This document shows positions 1-9,510 of a DNA stretch of 64,000 nucleotides, piece by piece. How positions within the stretch are numbered: the first letter of the stretch is position 1; the number at the start of each line of letters is the position of its first letter. The DNA is from Myxococcota bacterium (lineage in GTDB: Bacteria; Myxococcota_A; UBA9160; UBA4427). Both the position numbers and the translations under genes were made by a program. The DNA is taken from positions 3,904,001 through 3,968,000 of the forward strand of contig OZ252299.1 in the NCBI GenBank assembly GCA_965250285.1. Reading direction: 5' to 3'. The notes beneath the pieces are model-generated. The model made no database searches. It worked only from the letters and a program-made list of their open reading frames with translations, and had not been told where the DNA came from.

Positions 1-294
1 GCCGCGCTGGCAGAAGTAGCACTGGCCACACGGGGGCGCGGGCGTCAGCACGACCTTGTCGCCCACGGCGTGCGTGGTGACGCCCTCCCCCACCGCTTCG
101 ACGACGCCGGCCGCCTCGTGGCCGAGGATGAGCGGCGAGATCGCCCCCATGCCGTCGGCGATGCTGATGTCGGAGTGGCAGATTCCGCAGTTGTGCACCC
201 GCACGAGCACCTCGCCGATTCGAGGCGGGCGAATGTCGACGTCGTCGACGATCTCGATGGGCTTGCCGACCTCGGTCATCAGGGCTGCACGCAT
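1..294 (-). CDS. Zn-dependent alcohol dehydrogenase, N-terminal part (runs off the window edge)
   Basis: Manual translation, not in the ORF track: MRAALMTEVGKPIEIVDDVDIRPPRIGEVLVRVHNCGICHSD...LGHEAAGVVEAVGEGV...GDKVVL...CGQCYFC. It has the catalytic Zn motifs (CHSD, GHE) and the start of the structural Zn Cys cluster. Confidence 0.9.
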   Translation of the reverse strand, partial: MRAALMTEVGKPIEIVDDVDIRPPRIGEVLVRVHNCGICHSDISIADGMGAISPLILGHEAAGVVEAVGEGVTTHAVGDKVVLTPAPPCGQCYFCQRG

Positions 295-376
295 GGCTTC
301 TCCATCTCTCCAGAGGAACGCAGAGTATGGCACGCACGCGCACCGGACGGGCGCCGGGTCGCGAGCGGCCCTTCGG

Positions 377-985
377 TCACGACCGAGCCGCGACGAGCGC
401 GTCGTGGACCAGCTCGAGCCGATCGTTGCCGAAGTACATGTCGTCTCGGTTCACGAACATCGTCGGCGAGCCGAAGCCTCCGCGCTCGATCAGCTCTTCG
501 GTCGTCGCCCGCAGCCGAGCCTTGATCTCGGGCGTCGCGATCGATTCGAAGAAGGCGGCCGGCTCGAGACCGACGCTGGCCGCGATCGGTTCGAGCACGT
601 CGGGCAGCGAGATGTCGTGCCCCTCTCCCCAGTAGGCCTCGAAGACGGCGCGGGCGAAGGCGGGCAGCACGCCGGCATCGAGCGCGACGAAGCAACCGCG
701 CATCGCCTTCACGCTGTTCACGGGGAAGACGGCGGGCGAGCCGATCCGGATGCCCCCCTTGCGCGCCCAGTCGGCGAGATCCTTCGCGTAGTAGCGCAGC
801 TTCGCCGGAACGGGCTGGGCGCGCTGCGCGTACACGCTGTCGTTGACGGCGTTGAACACGCCCCCGACCAGGATCGGCTTCCACACCAGCTCGGCACCGG
901 TCTCGGCCGCGAGCGCCTCGATGCCGTTGAACGCGAGGTAGGTCCACGGACTCGAACAATCGAAGAAGAACTCGAGCGTGCGCAT
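377..985 (-). CDS. 2-hydroxychromene-2-carboxylate isomerase / kappa-class GST (DsbA-like) family protein
   Basis: FFFDCSSPWTYL N-terminal motif and GGFGSPTMFV...FGNDRL C-terminal motif. Start taken at MRTLEFF. Confidence 0.88.
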   Translation of the reverse strand: MRTLEFFFDCSSPWTYLAFNGIEALAAETGAELVWKPILVGGVFNAVNDSVYAQRAQPVPAKLRYYAKDLADWARKGGIRIGSPAVFPVNSVKAMRGCFVALDAGVLPAFARAVFEAYWGEGHDISLPDVLEPIAASVGLEPAAFFESIATPEIKARLRATTEELIERGGFGSPTMFVNRDDMYFGNDRLELVHDALVAARS

Positions 986-1185
986 GTCACCCGCCTCGGC
1001 TGGGCCACCCTCGTGGGCGGACGAACACGACGATCGGGGGACGATCGCCTCACGTCGATTTTCGCAGACGCCCGCGGCGGCGTCCCCTTCCTGGGTGAGA
1101 AATCGACCGACCCAGCGCCCCAGGCGGTCGAGCAACCGGATCCCGTGGCGCGTACCATCGATCGAGGCCGAAGGAGGGAGAACAG

Positions 1186-3189
1186 GTGATGACGAGTCCT
1201 GGCTCGAGGCACCGATGCGCGGCGCTTCGCATCATGGCGGCGGTGAGCGCCGTCGTGCTCCTGAGCGTCGCCTGCGACGGGTCTCGCCCCATCGAATACG
1301 AGGGGCCCGTCGCGGCGTGGTCGGCCTATGGCGGCGACATCGGCGGCACGCGCTTCTCTCCACTCACCCAGATCACCCCCGACAACGTCGACGATCTCGA
1401 GATCGCATGGACGTATCACACCGGCGACGTCGACTTCGGCGAGGAGACGCTCGCCGGAACGAGCTTTCAGAACACCCCGATCGTCGTCGGCGACACGATG
1501 TACGTCTGCTCACCCCGCAACCGCGTGATCGCGCTCGATGCACGCACGGGTGAGGAGCGCTGGGTGCACGATCCGGGGGTCGATGTCGAAGGCATGTACA
1601 TCGTGACCTGCCGCGGCGTGTCGTACTACGCCGACGCGAACGCCGAAGCCGGCTCGGCCTGCGCGGAGCGCATCGTCATGGGCACGATCGACGCGCGCCT
1701 CATCTCACTCGATGCCCGAACCGGCACGCCATGCGAAGGCTTCGGCGAAGCGGGCGTCGTCGATCTCAGCGAGGGCATCGGGCATCGACTGCCGGGCGAG
1801 TACGGGGTGACGTCGCCGCCGCTGATCCTCGGCGACCTGATCGTCACGGGCACCCTGGTGCTCGACAACATCCGCGTCGACTCGCCCGGCGGCGTCGTGC
1901 GCGGCTACGACGCACGCACGGGTGAGCTGCGCTGGAGCTGGGATCCCCTGCCGCCAGGTCAGGAGTACATCGAATCGATCGACGTGAGCGGCGAGACCGT
2001 GCGCTTTCGCCGCGGCACGGCGAACGCTTGGTCGATCCTGGCCGGCGATCCCGAGCGGGGCCTGGTGTATGTGCCGACCGGCAACACGTCGCCCGACTTC
2101 TACGGCGGCATGCGGGAGGGCCTCGACTACTACTCGAGCAGCATCGTCGCGCTCTCGGCCGAGACGGGCGAGGTCGTCTGGCACTTCCAGACCGTGCATC
2201 ACGACGTGTGGGACTACGACGTGCCCTCGCAGCCCGGGCTCTTCACTTTTCCCGGTGCCGACGGCCCGATCCCCGCGGTCGTGCAGGCGACCAAGATGGG
2301 ACATCTCTACTTTCTGAATCGCGAGACCGGCGAGCCGATCTTCCCGGTCGAAGAGCGCCCGGTACCCCAGGGCGGCGTCGACGGCGAATCGCTCTCGCCG
2401 ACGCAGCCCTTCCCCACCCGCCCCGCGCCGATCCACCCGGGCGAATTCACCGCCGACGACGCCTTCGGGTTCACGCCCATCGACCGCGCGCAGTGCCGGC
2501 GCAAGATCGAGGCGCTGCGCGCCGAAGGCATCTATACACCGCCCGACGTGAAGGGCTGGGTTCAGTTCCCGAGCTACTTCGGCGGCACGAACTGGGGCAG
2601 CGTCGCCATCGATCGCGACCGCGGGCTGCTCATCGTGAACACGAGCCGCATGGCCAGCGTGCTGCGCCTGATCCCACGCGACGAGTACGACGCGGCCCAT
2701 CGCGCCGCGGCCGAGGCAGGCGAGCCCCCGCCGAGCTGGGAGCCCCAGATGGGTACGCCCTTCGCGATGACGCGCACCTTCCTGCTCTCCGACTGGGGCA
2801 TCCCGTGCAGCGCGCCACCGTGGGGCACGCTCGTCGGCATCGACATCGAGACCGGCGAGCACCGCTGGGAGGTACCGCTCGGCACGACCCGCGACTTGTC
2901 GCCCATTCCGATCGGTCTGCCGCTCGGCGCGCCGAACCAGGGGGGCCCGATCGTGACCGCATCGGGGCTGACGTTCATCGGCGCCGCCATGGACGACTAT
3001 CTGCGCGCATTCGACAGCGAAACGGGTGAAGAGCTCTGGAAGGCGAGGCTGCCGGCCGGCGGACAGGCGACGCCGCTCACGTACCGCGTCGACGAAGACG
3101 GCAAGCAGTACGTCGTCATCGCGGCCGGCGGACACGCGATCATGGGCACGAAGCTCGGCGACTCGGTCGTCGCCTACGCGCTGCCCTGA
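1186..3189 (+). CDS. PQQ-dependent dehydrogenase (glucose/quinate/shikimate family), probable lipoprotein
   Basis: W..YGGD..GTRFSPL.QI..DNV..L..AW, VTCRGVSY, WHFQTVHHDVWDYD and GGQATPLTY...GKQYVVIAAGGH motifs. Hydrophobic leader ends in LSVAC. Confidence 0.92.
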   Translation: MMTSPGSRHRCAALRIMAAVSAVVLLSVACDGSRPIEYEGPVAAWSAYGGDIGGTRFSPLTQITPDNVDDLEIAWTYHTGDVDFGEETLAGTSFQNTPIVVGDTMYVCSPRNRVIALDARTGEERWVHDPGVDVEGMYIVTCRGVSYYADANAEAGSACAERIVMGTIDARLISLDARTGTPCEGFGEAGVVDLSEGIGHRLPGEYGVTSPPLILGDLIVTGTLVLDNIRVDSPGGVVRGYDARTGELRWSWDPLPPGQEYIESIDVSGETVRFRRGTANAWSILAGDPERGLVYVPTGNTSPDFYGGMREGLDYYSSSIVALSAETGEVVWHFQTVHHDVWDYDVPSQPGLFTFPGADGPIPAVVQATKMGHLYFLNRETGEPIFPVEERPVPQGGVDGESLSPTQPFPTRPAPIHPGEFTADDAFGFTPIDRAQCRRKIEALRAEGIYTPPDVKGWVQFPSYFGGTNWGSVAIDRDRGLLIVNTSRMASVLRLIPRDEYDAAHRAAAEAGEPPPSWEPQMGTPFAMTRTFLLSDWGIPCSAPPWGTLVGIDIETGEHRWEVPLGTTRDLSPIPIGLPLGAPNQGGPIVTASGLTFIGAAMDDYLRAFDSETGEELWKARLPAGGQATPLTYRVDEDGKQYVVIAAGGHAIMGTKLGDSVVAYALP

Positions 3190-3286
3190 GCCGGGGCGCG
3201 GCTACGCTTCCAATCCTGCACCGATCGCAGCCCGAAGCGGTCGACGCACATCGACCTCGCTCCACCTCGCCCACCGGAGGATCGTC

Positions 3287-4798
3287 GTGACCGAGCCGCG
3301 CATCGACCGACGCCGATTCATCCGCGGCACGCTGGCGGCGGGTGTCGCGCTGGGGGCGCCCCTTCCGCTGCGCGCGTGGGGCGACGAGGCGTTCTCGTAC
3401 GGCGACCTCGACGCCACGGCGATGGCGCGCGCCGTGCGCGCCGGCGACATCACGCCGACCGCGCTCGTCGAATCGGCGCGCGACGCCATCGAGCAGCTCA
3501 ACCCCCGGCTCAACGCCATCGTCACCACCTTCTACGAGCACGCCTTCGAGCTGGCGGCCGAGAGCGACCGCCAGGGCCCGTTCGCCGGCGTACCCTACGT
3601 GATCAAGGATCTCTCCGAGTACGCCGGCTTCCGGACGACCTTTGGTTCGCGGATCGGCCAGAACCACATCTCGAAGAAGACCCATCCCGTCATCGAGGCA
3701 GCTCTGCAGACGGGCCTCATCCCCGTCGGCAAGAGCAACACACCCGAGTACGGCCAGCTGCCCACCACCGAGCCGCTGGCATACGGCGCCACGCGCAACC
3801 CCTGGAACCTCGAGTACAGCGCGGGGGGATCGTCGGGGGTCTCGGGCGCGGCGGTCGCATCGGGCATGGTGCCGATCGCGAGCGCGTCGGATGGCGGCGG
3901 CTCGATCCGCATCCCCGCTTGTCACTGCGGCGTGTTCGGATTGAAGGTCACGCGTGGGCGAAACGTGGCGGCCGACCCGAGCCCCATGGCCTTCTCGGTC
4001 CGCGGCGCGATCAGCCGGAGCGTGCGCGACAGCGCGGCACACGCCGTCGCGGTGCAGCAGACCGGCGGCAACGCCCCCTGGCAGCCCATCGACCTGGTGA
4101 CGGGCCCTGCGAAGCGCCGATTGAAGATCGGTCTGCTCTTCGACGGCATTGGCCACCAGCAGCCGAGCGACGAGGTCCGCGCGGCGATCCTCGAGACCGC
4201 CGAGCTGTGTCGGTCGCTGGGGCATACGGTGTCGGAGGCGACGTTCCCCGACAGCGTTCACGCCATGGGCATCCGCATGATGGACGCCACATCGAAGCGC
4301 ATCGCCGGCATCGGGCAGTTCGCCGCGCAGCAGCTGGGGCGGCCCGCAGATGAGCGCGAGTTCGAGCCCTGGACACTCCAGATGATCGAGTACTCGAACA
4401 ACGTCGCCCCCGAGCTCTTCGAGCAGAGCGTCGCTCACCTGACGCAGCAGGGGCGCGACACCCAGGCGATGTTCGAACGCTTCGACGTGGTGCTGATGCC
4501 GATCCTCACCACGCGGCCGGCGAAGATCGGCGCCTTCGCCTCGACCCCGGACGTGTCCTTCGAAGAGATGCTGCGACGCAATCAGGCGTACGTGGCCTAC
4601 ACGACGGCCTTCAACGTGTCGGGCAACCCGGCCATGTCGGTGCCCCTCTACTGGACGCAGGATGACCTGCCCATCGGCAGCCACTTTGCCGCGGGCATGG
4701 GCCAGGAGGCCACTCTGCTCGGGCTCGCGTACGAGCTCGAAGAAGCGCGTCCGTGGAAGGATCGACATCCGCCGATCTCGATCTGGAGCGACACCTGA
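3287..4798 (+). CDS. Amidase-signature family enzyme with Tat signal peptide
   Basis: GGAGG then GTG at 3287. IDRRRFIRG twin-arginine leader. IKDL Lys, GGSSGVSG and SDGGGSIRIPA catalytic motifs. Confidence 0.9.
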   Translation: MTEPRIDRRRFIRGTLAAGVALGAPLPLRAWGDEAFSYGDLDATAMARAVRAGDITPTALVESARDAIEQLNPRLNAIVTTFYEHAFELAAESDRQGPFAGVPYVIKDLSEYAGFRTTFGSRIGQNHISKKTHPVIEAALQTGLIPVGKSNTPEYGQLPTTEPLAYGATRNPWNLEYSAGGSSGVSGAAVASGMVPIASASDGGGSIRIPACHCGVFGLKVTRGRNVAADPSPMAFSVRGAISRSVRDSAAHAVAVQQTGGNAPWQPIDLVTGPAKRRLKIGLLFDGIGHQQPSDEVRAAILETAELCRSLGHTVSEATFPDSVHAMGIRMMDATSKRIAGIGQFAAQQLGRPADEREFEPWTLQMIEYSNNVAPELFEQSVAHLTQQGRDTQAMFERFDVVLMPILTTRPAKIGAFASTPDVSFEEMLRRNQAYVAYTTAFNVSGNPAMSVPLYWTQDDLPIGSHFAAGMGQEATLLGLAYELEEARPWKDRHPPISIWSDT

Positions 4799-5883
4799 GC
4801 AACGCACCCTCGAGCGCAGCGCTGCCCCAGCAGCCCGAAGAGATCACACCCCAGTGGCTCACGGCGGCCCTCGCCGAAACCATGCCGGAAGCCCGCGTCG
4901 ACGCCGTCGAAGTGGCGGCGATCCAGCAGGGGACGAACGCGAACGCGCGGCTGCGCGTCACGTGGTCTTCGCCCGCCGGCGCACCCGACACCCTCTTTCT
5001 CAAGCTGCCGCCGCTCGACGCGAAGCGACGCGCCTCGGTGAATGCGACCGGCATGGGGCGACGCGAGGCCCTCTTCTACCAGACGCTCGCCGACCGCGTG
5101 CCCATGCGCGTCCCGCGCCGCTACGTCGCCCGCTTCGACGAGGCGACGAGCGATTTCGTCCTCGTGCTCGAAGACCTCGAAGCGTCGGCCTGTCGCCTCC
5201 CCGATCCGGTCGAGGGGCTCAGTCCTGCCCAGGCCCACCTCGCGATGGACGACTTCGCTCAGCTGCACGTGCGCTACGAAGACGAAGCGACGCGGGCGCG
5301 CGAAGCCGGCTGGGTCGAGCCGATGCCGCCCGGCAACGCCTACGGCTCGTCGATGCTCGGCTACGCCCTCGAGCATCATCGCGATCTGTTGACCGATGCG
5401 TTCGCCGAGCTCGCGGTGCTCTACGTCGAGCAGCAGGCGGCGTACGAAGCCGCGTGGGCGCGGGGGCCGCAGACCGTGATCCAGGGCGACGGGCACATCG
5501 GCAATCTCTTCCTCGACGGCGATCGCCCCGGGTTCTTCGACTGGGGGCTCATCCAGCTCGGGACCCCGATGCGCGAGGTCGGCTACTTCATCGCGCTCGC
5601 GCTCTCGCCCGAGCATCGCCGGCGACACGAGCGCGAGCTGATCGCCCACTACCTCGAGGCGCGGACCGCCGCGGGGGGCTCGGCGATCTCGTTCGACGAC
5701 GCGTGGCTCGATCATCGACTCGTCGCGAGCTACGCGGTGCCGGCCTCTTGTTCGATCGTGCTCTTTCCGGGCGGACGAAGGCCCCCGCGCGACGGTCTTT
5801 CGGGCGCGTTCCTCGACCGGGCCGAGTCTGTCATCGAAGATCTGGGAGCGCGCGAAGCACTCCGCGAGGCCACCGGGCTCTGA
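4753..5883 (+). CDS. Aminoglycoside-phosphotransferase / ecdysteroid-kinase-like phosphotransferase
   Basis: PEEITPQWLT N-terminus, LFLK, REALFY, LVLEDL, QGDGHIGNLF (Brenner-like motif) and FFDW. Exact start uncertain. Confidence 0.8.
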   Translation: MEGSTSADLDLERHLSNAPSSAALPQQPEEITPQWLTAALAETMPEARVDAVEVAAIQQGTNANARLRVTWSSPAGAPDTLFLKLPPLDAKRRASVNATGMGRREALFYQTLADRVPMRVPRRYVARFDEATSDFVLVLEDLEASACRLPDPVEGLSPAQAHLAMDDFAQLHVRYEDEATRAREAGWVEPMPPGNAYGSSMLGYALEHHRDLLTDAFAELAVLYVEQQAAYEAAWARGPQTVIQGDGHIGNLFLDGDRPGFFDWGLIQLGTPMREVGYFIALALSPEHRRRHERELIAHYLEARTAAGGSAISFDDAWLDHRLVASYAVPASCSIVLFPGGRRPPRDGLSGAFLDRAESVIEDLGAREALREATGL

Positions 5884-5894
5884 GCCGAGCCCGG
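5873..5894. terminator. GC hairpin between convergent genes (possible terminator or RNA stabiliser)
   Basis: CCGGGCTC-tgagcc-GAGCCCGG, a perfect 8-bp stem spanning the stop codon. No U-tract. Confidence 0.3.
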
Positions 5895-5917
5895 CGACCT
5901 CGCGATCGGCTCAATGC

Positions 5918-6682
5918 CTAGGCGGTCTTCTTCGGTCCGCCGTGCTCGCCGGGCCAGCGCGAGCCGCTGATCGTGTCGGAGAAGGGCCAGTAGGCGTCGG
6001 GATCGAGCGGGCCCTCGAGCGTGATCTCGCGGGTCGTGGGCACCGCCTGCTGCAGCCGTGCGGACACATCGCCCCGGATCGGCAGCTGCTCGGCGATCGG
6101 ATCCCAGGGGCTGTCACGCAGCAGCAGGTCGCCCTCGACGTTCTCGATGTGCACCGGCTGGTAGGCCGACTTCACCTGCACGACGTGGGGCGGGAAGTCG
6201 TAGGCCTTCTCGGCACCGCCGACCGCGCGCGACACCTTGACCCACCACTCGTACTCGGTCCATTCGCTCGACTCGGCCGCGCCTGTGCGGTGGCCGGCGA
6301 ACTCGGCAAACGTGTAGCGCTGGTGCGTCACGCGCGCGTTCACGTTGTCGCCCATGAGGTAGTAGTCGATGTCGGCGAGGTACTTCGGCTGACCGTTCAT
6401 GTCGCGGCTGATATGCACCGCCGCCTCTTGGTCGATCGCATAGCCGAGCGCGTACAGGCCCTTCTGACCGCGATAGTCGGCGTCGACCGTCAGCAGGCAG
6501 CCGTACTCGGGCTCGTCGGGCACGGGAACACAGTAGATGGAGAGGTGGACGCCCGCGCTGTCGCTGGGATCGATCCCCGGCGGCAGCAGCGCGGCGATCT
6601 TGTCGGCATCGGTCGCGTAGTCGATCTTGAGGATCGGCCAGAACGAGATGTCACCGGCGTTCATCTTCGGGGATTCGGTCAT
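5918..6682 (-). CDS. Acetoacetate decarboxylase-like (ADC superfamily) protein
   Basis: Y.TD...IAALLPPG and SRDMNGQPK (the GRE..G.PK Schiff-base Lys motif), plus SPWDPIAEQLP. Confidence 0.8.
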   Translation of the reverse strand: MTESPKMNAGDISFWPILKIDYATDADKIAALLPPGIDPSDSAGVHLSIYCVPVPDEPEYGCLLTVDADYRGQKGLYALGYAIDQEAAVHISRDMNGQPKYLADIDYYLMGDNVNARVTHQRYTFAEFAGHRTGAAESSEWTEYEWWVKVSRAVGGAEKAYDFPPHVVQVKSAYQPVHIENVEGDLLLRDSPWDPIAEQLPIRGDVSARLQQAVPTTREITLEGPLDPDAYWPFSDTISGSRWPGEHGGPKKTA

Positions 6683-6837
6683 CGTCTGCTCCTTGCCCCG
6701 GATCGGCGGATAGGTGACGCGCTAAGGCATTTAGGGCCGGGGTCGATCGAGGCTAGTGCGCGCCTCGGGCGACGTCGAGGGTCGGGCCCACACCGACGTG
6801 CGAGACGCTCCTGAGCGCACTGCCCCCGCGCTTCGTC

Positions 6838-8430
6838 TTACTGCGGCGCGATGTAATCGAGCGCGAGTCGAGCGCGCTTGTCGATGCTGTTCAGGAAGGG
6901 CAGCGTCTCTTCGCGAATCATGTGTTCGAGGCGCGGCTGCATCCATGCGAGGTGCGCGCGCTCGCCCTCGTTCGCGGTGCGGAGCCGATAGAGCAGATTG
7001 GCCATCAGCTGCTCGCGAAGCCCGTCGAAGTTCACCTCGAACATCATCTCGTCGAAGAGCCCTTCGCCGCTCTCGCCCGCGAAGATCTGCTGCACGATCT
7101 CGCCGCGATCGACGTCCCAGTTCTCATCGAGGTCGACCAGGAACGAGCAGTGTTGGCGCAGGCCCTCGAATCGAGCCGAATCGTTCATCATCGAGCGAAA
7201 GCTCGACATCGGCCACAGGTCGAGGGCACGACGGAATGCGGGCGGAGCGATGTCGGCCACGTCGAAGCGTCCGCTCGACTCGACGTCGAGGTTGTGCATG
7301 TTCTGAAAGTCGCCGACCGGCAGGCGCGTTTGCGCGAGCGGAACCAGCCCATCGAGGGGGTTCGCGATCGAGAGCGCCGAGCAGTCGAACGGGATGAACG
7401 CGCCGCGCATCGCCTTCAGGAACGCACTGCCATTGAGCATCTGCCCGACCCCGGGCATGAAGCGCTCGACCCATCGAGGCAACCGGTGGGCGTCGATCCG
7501 CTCGGGGCCATGACGGCTGAAGTCGCTCGGCCGCTCGGCGATGCCGTCGAAGGGCGCGCCCAGCCCCACGGCCAGGGCCACGGGGCTGTAGCGATGCACG
7601 CGGCCGCTTCGAGGCGAGTAGAGGAAGCGGCGCTTGTCCTTGACTCGAACGCGGCGCATGCCGAGCTGCATCGCACGGAGCGCGACCAGCCCGCCCTGAC
7701 TATGGCCGATCAAGATCATCCGGGGCGCGAACGCATCGAAGATGCGATTGATGATCTTGAGCGCCTTGTCATCGCTCAGGAGGTGCCGCTCGCCCTCCAG
7801 GTCGACGTCGAACTCGGGCAGGAACGACGCGAGCTCGGTGCGGTAGCGCCCCTCGATGCCGACGAAGGCGTCGACAGCGGTCGCCGCGTTCAGCCCCGCC
7901 AGTCGCCCGATGCGAATCTCGAAGCTCTCGTCGTGCAGGCGTTCGAGATAGTGCGACTCGGCCATCTCGCGGGAGAGCACCTGAGCCGTCGGCGAGTCGT
8001 CGAGACTGAAGATCTCCCGGATCACGGCCGGGCGATCCTCGGCTCGACGACACGAACTCTCGAGATGATCGACCAGGCGCTCGATCGTGCGCTTGAACTT
8101 TGCGGCGCGCGTGAGCTGGATCTCCTCGAGCTTGCGCCGCGCGTTCTCCTCGAGATCCTGCGCGGCGATCACCCCGAGATTGGTCCGATTCACCACCCGG
8201 CGCAGGTTCTGCTCGGTGACGAGGTGATCGGTCAGGCCACGGCCGCTCGATGCAGGGCCGAACGTGCCGGCGATGAACTCGACCAGATAGTTCTTCGGAA
8301 GGATCGACGGACGCGTTGGCGCTGGCGCCGCGCGCTGCATGTCCGTGCGCGATCCCCCGAGCCACGCGGGCGTGATCGAATCGGAGACCTGATCGACGGC
8401 TTCTCTGATGCTGCGAGCGACGAATGCCAT
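6838..8430 (-). CDS. Alpha/beta hydrolase (lipase/PGAP1-like) with long N-terminal extension
   Basis: LIGHSQGGL nucleophile elbow, LGAPFDG, DGLVP Asp and QHCS candidate His. Confidence 0.65.
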   Translation of the reverse strand: MAFVARSIREAVDQVSDSITPAWLGGSRTDMQRAAPAPTRPSILPKNYLVEFIAGTFGPASSGRGLTDHLVTEQNLRRVVNRTNLGVIAAQDLEENARRKLEEIQLTRAAKFKRTIERLVDHLESSCRRAEDRPAVIREIFSLDDSPTAQVLSREMAESHYLERLHDESFEIRIGRLAGLNAATAVDAFVGIEGRYRTELASFLPEFDVDLEGERHLLSDDKALKIINRIFDAFAPRMILIGHSQGGLVALRAMQLGMRRVRVKDKRRFLYSPRSGRVHRYSPVALAVGLGAPFDGIAERPSDFSRHGPERIDAHRLPRWVERFMPGVGQMLNGSAFLKAMRGAFIPFDCSALSIANPLDGLVPLAQTRLPVGDFQNMHNLDVESSGRFDVADIAPPAFRRALDLWPMSSFRSMMNDSARFEGLRQHCSFLVDLDENWDVDRGEIVQQIFAGESGEGLFDEMMFEVNFDGLREQLMANLLYRLRTANEGERAHLAWMQPRLEHMIREETLPFLNSIDKRARLALDYIAPQ

Positions 8431-8703
8431 GGGATTGCCGGTGAAGTCGGAGCCGAGGCTCCGGGGTCGGCCGAATTGTAGCGTCACGCACCCAAGCCCG
8501 GGGTCGCGCGGCAACCGACGTGCAGCTACGCGGCTAACCTCGACCGCGGCCCCGGTGTCTCACCGAGCACGCAAGCTGCTCATCGGCCCGTGTCCTGGAC
8601 AGTCCGCAGGTCGGGCGCTCCTTCCCGCCGCCGTCGGCGGGCCGTCGCCTCGGCGCCTGCCCGGGGTCGCTCAGAACGCACCGGGACCGGATGGAGGAGC
8701 ACC

Positions 8704-9498
8704 GTGGATCTCGACCGCTATCTCGCCCGCATCGGGTACGACGGCCCGGTCGCCCCCGATCTCGCGTGCCTGACTGCCGTTCATCGCCAGCACGCGCTGT
8801 CGATCCCCTACGAGAACGTCGATGTCCAGCTCGGACGACGACTCGACTTCGACCCGACCCGCATCTTCGAGAAGCTGGTGACGCGAAAGCGGGGCGGCTG
8901 GTGCTACGAGATGAACGGGCTGCTCGGCGCCGCGCTCGAAGCCATCGGCTTTCGCGTGACGCGCCTCGCCGGCGGCGTCGCAAGGTCGACGATCGGTGAC
9001 GAAGCGCTCGGCAACCACCTGGTGTTGCGCATCGATCTCGAAGAACCTTGGATCGCCGACGTCGGCCTGGGCGACGGCGCGCTCGAGCCGCTGCGACTCG
9101 TGAGCGGTCCCGTCGAGCAGAGCGGCCGACACTACGCGCTCGAGGCGCTCGCGCCGGGCGAGTGGCGCTTTCGCAATCACGAAGGCGCCCTGCCCCCTGA
9201 CTTCGACTTCATCGAGGCGCCCGACGAGGCGAGCCTGACGCGCTCGTGTGCACAGCTGCAGGACGACCCGACGTCACTCTTTCGACAGAACCTGCTCGTC
9301 ATGCGACCGACCACGGCGGGGACCCATCTGCTGTTCGGCCGCGTGTACAGGGCACCGAGTGGAGAGAAGCACACCCTGGCGGACGGCGACGCCCTCGTCG
9401 CGACTCTGAACGACGTCTTCGACATCGAAGACGACGGGCTGCCGGCGCTCTGGCCGGCGGTCGCCGCGCGCCATGCCGAGCTCTTCGACGACGCCTAG
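8704..9498 (+). CDS. nat: Arylamine N-acetyltransferase
   Basis: GGAGGAG RBS then GTG. YLARIG, IPYENVDV, RGGWCYEMN (Cys), NHLVL (His) and IADVGLG (Asp) form the catalytic triad. Confidence 0.92.
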   Translation: MDLDRYLARIGYDGPVAPDLACLTAVHRQHALSIPYENVDVQLGRRLDFDPTRIFEKLVTRKRGGWCYEMNGLLGAALEAIGFRVTRLAGGVARSTIGDEALGNHLVLRIDLEEPWIADVGLGDGALEPLRLVSGPVEQSGRHYALEALAPGEWRFRNHEGALPPDFDFIEAPDEASLTRSCAQLQDDPTSLFRQNLLVMRPTTAGTHLLFGRVYRAPSGEKHTLADGDALVATLNDVFDIEDDGLPALWPAVAARHAELFDDA

Positions 9499-9510
9499 CG
9501 TCGACTTCGT

